A DNA stretch of 64,000 nt from positions 6,627 through 70,626 of the IMG/VR virus record IMGVR_UViG_3300020204_004643. The stretch is one strand, 5' to 3'. Both the position numbers and the translations under genes were made by a program. Origin of the DNA: a virus. The notes under the pieces were generated by a model. It saw only the letters and a list, made by a program, of their open reading frames with translations. It did not search any database and was not told the DNA's origin. Positions 57,439 to 64,000 of the stretch are shown here, in pieces; the first letter of the stretch is position 1, and every line of letters starts with the position of its first letter.

Positions 57439-59163
57439 TTAAATCGCATCAATAGGGATATTAAATTTATATTCATTATTAATTTCAGAAATGCTTTTAT
57501 TAAGATTAATATTGTTAGTAATTTGCATCCAAAAATCCCCATCCATAAAGATACCTTTGGTAGAATCTTGTGAAGAACTCATTTGTCCTCCAAATGTTAA
57601 AGTAGCTGTTTTATTAGCTCCTATTGATGATGAAAAATTTAAAGATTCAAGTTGTGTATTTTTTAAAGTATATTTAGAACCAGTTATTGCTCCAAACGGA
57701 GAGGTCTTTGTTCCGGGTTTCAAATAAGAAACATTAGCATCAAATTTAAAATCAGTACCGCTAATAATATTAATTAAATTGCCAGCTTTCAAATCAGAAA
57801 CCAAAACATCAACAGAAAAGGAATAACTAATTGGAAAAGTTATTTCTTTGCTATACGCAAAAGCCGTACCTAAACGCCTTAAGTTTTCTCTTGACATATC
57901 CATTGATAATGAAAAACTTTGAGCATTTAGAGACGCTTGAGTAGCAGTATCTATACCAAAACCAGAAACACTAAAGGCCGAAAGATCCAAAATAATGTCA
58001 CCGGGTCTAAATACTGAAATTGTATTTGAAAGATTATCTCTTGGATTAAAATTAGGTAAAGAGAATGTGCCATTAGTTTTATTATTATTTTCATCAATAG
58101 AAGGAAGAGGGTATCTTTCTCCAGCAACAGTAGATTTAAAATTATTAGCGCCAGTTAAAAAACTCATATTACGAGCTTCACAAGTTAAAGAAACATTTGG
58201 AAACTCTCCAACAACAGCATTTGCGGTATAATTAGTTATAACAGCATTTCCAATTGCAATAATAGATTGGTCAAGAGTACCAGTAGTTGCCACAGTGACA
58301 TCATTTCCCGCCGAAACAGTTCTTATAAAATAATTTTTATCATCATTAACTTTTGTTAAGATCCCAGAAATACAACTCACGGCTACGATTCCAGTGCCTT
58401 CTGCTACTATATTGTTTAGAGGTCTTGTTACAGAATTAACTTTAAAATTTATAATATCACTATCATTAGTAATTGCAGTATTAACATTAATATTTGTATA
58501 TGAACCTGCGGATGCGACTGATCCACTTATTTTAAAAGTCAATTCGCCAGCGTCGGCTATATTAACTCCAGTGACCTGACCTGCGTAAAGACCCCCAGTA
58601 GAAACGACTAAATTTAAATTTGCAGCTTCGATACCCGGAAAACTCATTGTGAAAGGAGTTAGATAACCTTGACCGCCATCTACTAAAGAAACAGATGAAA
58701 TTTCAAAGTTAGCATTTTTTGCAGCTAAAGTTAAATTAATTAATGCTGGTCTTTTTATTGCTTTAACTTCAAATCCTAATTCTTTTTCATTTTGAAAACC
58801 ATTTTGCAAATAATTAAAATCAAGCCCAACAGTTGGTTGATCTAATATAACTCTATCAATAGCAGCCAAAGTACCGAATTGATTCACATCAGTACGAGGA
58901 ATATTAAAATTGTAACTTATGTTTTGAATTCTATCTAAATTAGTTACATTTGACTCTAATTGAGCCCTCATTTGACCCAACGTAATATTAGTCAAAGAGC
59001 CCCCTAATTCAATTGTCCTTGTATTTAAAGGATCTAACTGATTTAGTCTTTGAGTTGGAGCATTGTTGAGAAAGCCAGTGACAAATTTATAATGTCCAGA
59101 ATATGCAGGTGAAGGACCTACATATAAAGCTTCATTTTGATAAATTACTCTATTCCTTGGCAT
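57439..59163 (-). CDS. Tail tube paralog with an inserted domain
   Basis: Shares RNRVIYQ.EAL, DVNQFG.LAAIDRVIL.QPTVG.DF, KNYFIRTV, GEFPN, RPGD, FSSSIGANK with 56199-57380. Confidence 0.75.
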   Translation of the reverse strand: MPRNRVIYQNEALYVGPSPAYSGHYKFVTGFLNNAPTQRLNQLDPLNTRTIELGGSLTNITLGQMRAQLESNVTNLDRIQNISYNFNIPRTDVNQFGTLAAIDRVILDQPTVGLDFNYLQNGFQNEKELGFEVKAIKRPALINLTLAAKNANFEISSVSLVDGGQGYLTPFTMSFPGIEAANLNLVVSTGGLYAGQVTGVNIADAGELTFKISGSVASAGSYTNINVNTAITNDSDIINFKVNSVTRPLNNIVAEGTGIVAVSCISGILTKVNDDKNYFIRTVSAGNDVTVATTGTLDQSIIAIGNAVITNYTANAVVGEFPNVSLTCEARNMSFLTGANNFKSTVAGERYPLPSIDENNNKTNGTFSLPNFNPRDNLSNTISVFRPGDIILDLSAFSVSGFGIDTATQASLNAQSFSLSMDMSRENLRRLGTAFAYSKEITFPISYSFSVDVLVSDLKAGNLINIISGTDFKFDANVSYLKPGTKTSPFGAITGSKYTLKNTQLESLNFSSSIGANKTATLTFGGQMSSSQDSTKGIFMDGDFWMQITNNINLNKSISEINNEYKFNIPIDAI

Positions 59164-59165
59164 AC

Positions 59166-60014
59166 TTATGTTTTTCTCGGTTCTCTAAACTTAATAACTT
59201 CAAAATCAATTAATCCATAGTAAGAACTTGAATTGATATTATTCTCTCTATCTCTTACACTTGGTATCTTTGATACGGAAACGCTGTCTATCATACAATA
59301 ATCTTTACCTGCGGTAACAGTATCATAATTAAAAGGAATACCACTTTTAAAACTTCCAAGTACGTTAAATGGATTATAATTACTATTAATCAGTGGAAAA
59401 TTATCATAATTTCTATCTCTAAACAAAGAGCATACGGCATCTAAATTATATTGAGAATCAGCTACCACGATAGCTCTATAATCAATTCTCGTTTCGTCTG
59501 TTCCTCCAAAAGCGGCGGGTGTATTTGTGCTTCCATTATTTTTAATAAAAATTACAGGGAATGTGATTACATTTTGTGCTAAAGAATCTTTTAAAGAGCC
59601 CGTTGGGGTTTTGTTTCTTTGAACGTATTGAGTTTCAAATAATAATACTTCTTCTGGTATAGAAGTGAGGAGAACATTGAATTGTTTTACTGAATAATTT
59701 CCAGTAACATCTAAATTTCCTGAAGATAAATATACTTGTCCTTTAGTATAATTTATACCGCTTAAAGGGCCTTCTCCGATATTATAATAATTACCGTTTA
59801 TGGTAACTCCTGTCATTACTATCGCATCATCAATAGAAGTATCATAAACTAAACCTTGAAAAGGCCCATTATATGAATAAAGTCCATTAAAATAGGAAGA
59901 ATTTAATGGAAAAGAAGTCGTAACGTCGTAATAAGCTTGACCTTTATCTAATAAAGTATGATCAAACCACAACAAAAAAGAAGCCGCTACTTGATTATCG
60001 AATTGTTCTTTCAT
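59166..60014 (-). CDS. Putative tail completion/terminator protein
   Basis: Position before the tube genes; FPVIFI, GG.D; ends IDFEV...R. Confidence 0.45.
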   Translation of the reverse strand: MKEQFDNQVAASFLLWFDHTLLDKGQAYYDVTTSFPLNSSYFNGLYSYNGPFQGLVYDTSIDDAIVMTGVTINGNYYNIGEGPLSGINYTKGQVYLSSGNLDVTGNYSVKQFNVLLTSIPEEVLLFETQYVQRNKTPTGSLKDSLAQNVITFPVIFIKNNGSTNTPAAFGGTDETRIDYRAIVVADSQYNLDAVCSLFRDRNYDNFPLINSNYNPFNVLGSFKSGIPFNYDTVTAGKDYCMIDSVSVSKIPSVRDRENNINSSSYYGLIDFEVIKFREPRKT

Positions 60015-60625
60015 TGCTTTAATTTTTCTTTGAGATTATTTAAAATTTCACTTAAATATTTCGTTGGAGTGAAAGATCCTTTTCGAATTTTAAAATCTGA
60101 TTGAATGCCGCCCCCAGATCGACTTGGATCTGGAGAAGCAAAAAGCCCAGATAAAAAATACCCTAAGCCAGAGATACCTCTTTCAATGCCCTTTATCCAG
60201 CTCCTACCTTTTTCCCAAGGCATAGGAGTTTGAGAATATATATCTTTCAGAGTAGGAATATTTACTGGAAATTGAAAAAGAACTCCTTTTTGCTGTTGTT
60301 TTGAAAATGGCTTTTGTTCTAAGGTAATTTGATTAGTTAAAATTTGTCGAACCTGATCTGTTGGCTTATCCCCCTGATTGAATCCAATAAAAGAAAATAA
60401 GTTAGCATCATCTTTTGTTCCGGGTAATGTATCGGAAATATTTGTGCCTTTAGAGCCCGCTTCTAATTCTTGAGTAATTATATGATTATTAAATTCTTTG
60501 ATAGTTTGTTTTTTATATGTTTCTAATTCTTTAGATGCTCTTTGATATGCCAAAGATTGAATATCTTTAGAAAAAATAAGTTTATTAACTTCTCTTTTGA
60601 AAATTGTTCTGTTAAGTTTTGGCAT
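60011..60625 (-). CDS. Putative neck/tail completion protein
   Basis: Basic protein in the neck-gene position; SWIKGIERG. Confidence 0.4.
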   Translation of the reverse strand: MPKLNRTIFKREVNKLIFSKDIQSLAYQRASKELETYKKQTIKEFNNHIITQELEAGSKGTNISDTLPGTKDDANLFSFIGFNQGDKPTDQVRQILTNQITLEQKPFSKQQQKGVLFQFPVNIPTLKDIYSQTPMPWEKGRSWIKGIERGISGLGYFLSGLFASPDPSRSGGGIQSDFKIRKGSFTPTKYLSEILNNLKEKLKQ

Positions 60626-61065
60626 TATGAAATTTCCTTCATTACGTATTCATAAAAATCCTGTTCAATATATCTTTTAACAACAAACCCATAGTTGACA
60701 TTCCATGATTTATTATCGAATGTAATTTTTTCAGTTCTACCATTTTCTATATAATTTTTAGCTTCTTCTCTAACTCTCATTCTTGCAGAAGTGTTTGGAT
60801 TTTTAATTTCGGAATTTAATGAGACGATATCTTGAGTTGGTTGCGGGTAATAAATTCTAGCTTTATAAATACCTGAAACAGGTATATAAGTTACGCTTTC
60901 TGGCAATTGATCAGTAGGATAGCCGAAAGATGGAGTGTCATTAACAGAGTTAATTACTCTAATTGGCTCTTTAAAAACAATAACATCTCTAGCAAAAGTA
61001 TCAAATAAATCAATATACGTTTGCCCAAAAGAACTTTTTTCTCCACTTGTTAATAAAGAAGCCAT
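60625..61065 (-). CDS. Putative head closure (stopper) protein
   Basis: 146 aa, beta-rich, YKARI..KITFDNKSW; position. Confidence 0.45.
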   Translation of the reverse strand: MASLLTSGEKSSFGQTYIDLFDTFARDVIVFKEPIRVINSVNDTPSFGYPTDQLPESVTYIPVSGIYKARIYYPQPTQDIVSLNSEIKNPNTSARMRVREEAKNYIENGRTEKITFDNKSWNVNYGFVVKRYIEQDFYEYVMKEIS

Positions 61066-61067
61066 AA

Positions 61068-61562
61068 TTAAATTCTATTAAATGGTCTAATTGAAAAATA
61101 TTTATCAGTAGTAAATGATCCGACAACAGTATCATCACCTGCGACCTGCAGAGGACCAACGTCATTGACAGTATAATCATGAACCATATCGTGAAGTTCT
61201 TGATAAGCATTCTGTTTAGCTTGAAGGTAGAGCTTTGTGGTTTCGTTTTTATTTAGTTTACGAACTGTACCCCCGCCATCTGAAACCTCTAATACGGTAT
61301 CAATAGATGCAGCGCCCAAGCTGCCCTTTAGTTTCAATTCAAAGTAATAACAATCATACATTTTCTTATAAATAGATTTTTCAGCTTCACCAAGAGTTTC
61401 ACTGAACTCTCTGTCTTCGTCATTAATGGTGATACTTTTATTTATTCTATTATTAAGAATGCCAATGTTATTTCTTAACCAATAAGTTATCGCAGGAATC
61501 GAAACATCAGTAGGACTTCCCAATTCGAAATGAATTTCTTGGGCAATATCAACTATTTTCAT
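61068..61562 (-). CDS. Putative head-tail adaptor protein
   Basis: Helical with a VSDGGGTVR hairpin; first neck gene; two AGTGTAA motifs upstream (61570-61577, 61588-61595). Confidence 0.45.
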   Translation of the reverse strand: MKIVDIAQEIHFELGSPTDVSIPAITYWLRNNIGILNNRINKSITINDEDREFSETLGEAEKSIYKKMYDCYYFELKLKGSLGAASIDTVLEVSDGGGTVRKLNKNETTKLYLQAKQNAYQELHDMVHDYTVNDVGPLQVAGDDTVVGSFTTDKYFSIRPFNRI

Positions 61563-61601
61563 ATATAGGATTACACTATATATGTTAGTTACACTAAAAA
61601 A

Positions 61602-62648
61602 TTACAACCCAAATCTGCCTTTTGTGGTATTGTAGTTTTGTAAAATTTCAGAAGCAGATAAAGCTTTGTTATAATACGAAAAATTAGCAATGTTTCCCCT
61701 CATTACTTCATTATAAGAGTCATGATTCGTCCCAACGATTGGCGTAGAAGAAGTGAAATTATAATCATATGTATAAGTGCTTCCAGCTTGCACTGCATTT
61801 CTATATAACTTTAAATTTCTGGATCCATTAGCACCTCCATTTCCTACAAAAGTTATGCACCACCAATTTGAACCAAATGATGTATTATCATCTTGTATAC
61901 GATTGCCCAAAGCATAATAACCTAATCCAGCACTACCATTTGTTGGATTAAGAAATATAACACCATAATTGGTATTAGAACCAGTTCCAGAAAAAAGAAT
62001 AGAATAAGTTGAAAAATCATTTAATTTACACCAAAAATTCCAAGTAAAAGCACCTGTACCCGGAGCGAGTTGAGAACTCGAAAATGTTATATAATCATTA
62101 AGACCATCAAATACAATGGTTCCTCCATTTGCAAAACTAAATGTTAAATTATTAAAAAATGTACCATTATTTCTATTACCACTAAGATCGTTCCAAGTTG
62201 ATGGACCAAAATCTTTACTAACAGTTCCAACTATATATGTACCCGAATCAGCGCAGTTATCAGACGTATATGTGACAAGATTAATTATACTTCCAGCCGA
62301 AGTAATAAAATCTATCCTAGATACTCTAGGATGATGTCCCGCAACAGCCGATCCTTCTACATATCTCCAATATTTGTGCGGAGTTAAATCACTAGTGTTG
62401 ACGCCAGTACCAGTGATGATTCCACAAGAAGAATTATTACTCATCACGCCTGTAAAAGCAGTTGTCCATGTAGAATTATCATCACTATATTGCACAGTAT
62501 AGTTAGCGCTTCTTAGTCCACCACCATATACAGAATAACACTGCACGCTATATACAATTATGGGAAGTGTAAAACTAGTTCTTTGTGCCGCATCCAAATT
62601 CAAAACCAGTCCACTTCTAACAATTCTTGGTCCTCCCACTGTAGCCAT
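61602..62648 (-). CDS. LamG/concanavalin-like virion protein with a discoidin-like insert
   Basis: GLVLNLDAA, WNDLSG, FDGLNDY, YNKALSASEILQNYN; insert YTVQYSDD..WT..KYWR. Confidence 0.8.
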   Translation of the reverse strand: MATVGGPRIVRSGLVLNLDAAQRTSFTLPIIVYSVQCYSVYGGGLRSANYTVQYSDDNSTWTTAFTGVMSNNSSCGIITGTGVNTSDLTPHKYWRYVEGSAVAGHHPRVSRIDFITSAGSIINLVTYTSDNCADSGTYIVGTVSKDFGPSTWNDLSGNRNNGTFFNNLTFSFANGGTIVFDGLNDYITFSSSQLAPGTGAFTWNFWCKLNDFSTYSILFSGTGSNTNYGVIFLNPTNGSAGLGYYALGNRIQDDNTSFGSNWWCITFVGNGGANGSRNLKLYRNAVQAGSTYTYDYNFTSSTPIVGTNHDSYNEVMRGNIANFSYYNKALSASEILQNYNTTKGRFGL

Positions 62649-62666
62649 AATATAAATAAAATTACA

Positions 62667-63434
62667 CTATAAACCAAAACGCCCTTTGGTGGCGTTATAG
62701 TTTTGAAGTATTTCAGTTGCACTTAATGCTCTGTTATAAACCAATGTAGAAGCTATATCGCCCTCATATGTATGAGATCCTTGATTGCCTCCTGCTGTTG
62801 TTCCTATAGTATAGGCTCCGTTTATTTGTATACCAGCGCCACCAATATTTAAAGCGCCTTTATCAACACCATTAAAATATCCTCTACCAGCAGATCCATT
62901 CCAAGTCACTATCGCATTATTCCAAGTATTAGTATTTACAGATCCGTCTGATAACTGAGTTTTTGCTCCTCTTACACCTACAACACAAAAATATGGAGTT
63001 AATGATCCAGCACTTGTTGTGTTGTCACCACCGCTCACAAATAGTGATAATGTTTCTGCACCACCAATACCGCCTGAATTACCTACCATACAATAAGAAC
63101 AATTGCCTCCATTATTTGTAGAATTTCTTGTTGTTGTGGGAGAGATTGGAAATTTAAACCAAACTGAAATGCTCCACGCGTATCCAACATCTGCATAAAA
63201 ATTGTTTCCAGCTGAATTAAAAAAACCAGCACCAGTGCTTATATAAAAGAATTGAGTTGTGCCATTTAATGTAAAAAAATTATTAGAATATGTCGGAGAA
63301 TTCGCCAATATAAAACTATTATTATTGTTACTCAAATCATTCCAAACGGTTCCTGTGCCTGAATAACTTGTTTTTTGTGCGGCATCTAAATTCAATACTA
63401 AACCACTTCTTACTATTCTAGGACCCATGTTCAT
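62667..63434 (-). CDS. LamG/concanavalin-like virion protein
   Basis: GLVLNLDAA, WNDLS, SISVWF, YFNG, YNRALSATEILQNYN. Confidence 0.82.
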   Translation of the reverse strand: MNMGPRIVRSGLVLNLDAAQKTSYSGTGTVWNDLSNNNNSFILANSPTYSNNFFTLNGTTQFFYISTGAGFFNSAGNNFYADVGYAWSISVWFKFPISPTTTRNSTNNGGNCSYCMVGNSGGIGGAETLSLFVSGGDNTTSAGSLTPYFCVVGVRGAKTQLSDGSVNTNTWNNAIVTWNGSAGRGYFNGVDKGALNIGGAGIQINGAYTIGTTAGGNQGSHTYEGDIASTLVYNRALSATEILQNYNATKGRFGL

Positions 63435-64000
63435 AAATTGAATCTTGTTTTTGTAGCATTATAGTTTTGTAATACTTCCGTCGCGGTTAATGCTCTGTTA
63501 TATATCAACGTCGAAGCTATATTTCCTTTAAAGTATCTACCGGAGTCAAATCCAGAACCTATTGAAATTGATGGTAGTGTTGTTGCCCAATAAGTATGAG
63601 TTGTGTCAAATTTTGAAACACCGTTTAAATATCCAAACACTTTATTTGTAGAAGTGTTCCACGCTAACACTACATTATACCATATATTTGCACTTAACAC
63701 TGAAGTTGGAGAGTAGTCATAAAACCCATAAGTTCCGGCATCATTTCCAATGACAACGTTAAATCCGCCATATGGTGATACCGTCGTATATTGTTCAAAT
63801 CGTATACCAACATTTCCACCTAAATACTTTGTAGAAAATGGATTTCTATAATTTTCTACAGCGGTAGAATACATCCAATAACTAATTGTTCCTTGTGTAT
63901 AAAATGAACCTAAATTACCAGCTGCTACATAATCATCGGTACCATCAAATACTATAGCTCCACGATTAGAATTACTGAACGTTGGTCCGTTGGTTAATGT
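63431..64000 (-). CDS. LamG/concanavalin-like virion protein; 5' end lies beyond the window
   Basis: Frame open to the window edge (TLTNGPTF...IVFDGTDDY); YLNG, YNRALTATEVLQNYN. Confidence 0.8.
   Translation of the reverse strand, partial: TLTNGPTFSNSNRGAIVFDGTDDYVAAGNLGSFYTQGTISYWMYSTAVENYRNPFSTKYLGGNVGIRFEQYTTVSPYGGFNVVIGNDAGTYGFYDYSPTSVLSANIWYNVVLAWNTSTNKVFGYLNGVSKFDTTHTYWATTLPSISIGSGFDSGRYFKGNIASTLIYNRALTATEVLQNYNATKTRFNL

Noticed and set aside
61602-63540. Similar 3' ends of LamG genes as possible DGR template/variable repeats
   Set aside because: Differences are mainly synonymous and not adenine-specific, all copies are coding, and no reverse transcriptase is in the window.

Overview
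AT-rich, gene-dense 64 kb segment of a large tailed dsDNA phage (siphovirus-like tail), read in the standard code; the host cannot be determined from this window. 1-7.2 kb (+): sugar-nucleotide and glycosyltransferase cluster (GT4s, GT2-like, ColD-type PLP enzyme, truncated NDP-sugar dehydrogenase, Gmd). 7.5-21 kb (+): replication and recombination (RecA-like, DUF559-like nuclease, DnaB, TOPRIM primase, PD-(D/E)xK nuclease, a Pol III split into PHP / DEDDh exonuclease / DnaE genes, SSB-like, two more GTs, Rad52/Sak-like). 21-64 kb: virion genes. On the - strand are LamG proteins, neck genes, two tail-tube paralogs, G/GT-like chaperones, a 3979-aa tape measure, three more tube-like genes and a 1833-aa IPT/LamG protein. 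A lambda-like M-L-K-K-I-J tail-tip block lies on the + strand. Best candidate for an undescribed system: the tape measure gene carries a ~5 kb array of unrelated cargo modules (kinase-like, PD-(D/E)xK nuclease-like, PcfJ-like and unknowns), each bracketed by a repeated G[FY][ILV]PNF motif, suggesting a modular injected effector polyprotein. Also seen: a candidate late-promoter motif GTGTAA, duplicated G/GT chaperones separated by a terminator, and a GT9 split across two genes. All family calls are by-eye motif recognition; no searches were run.
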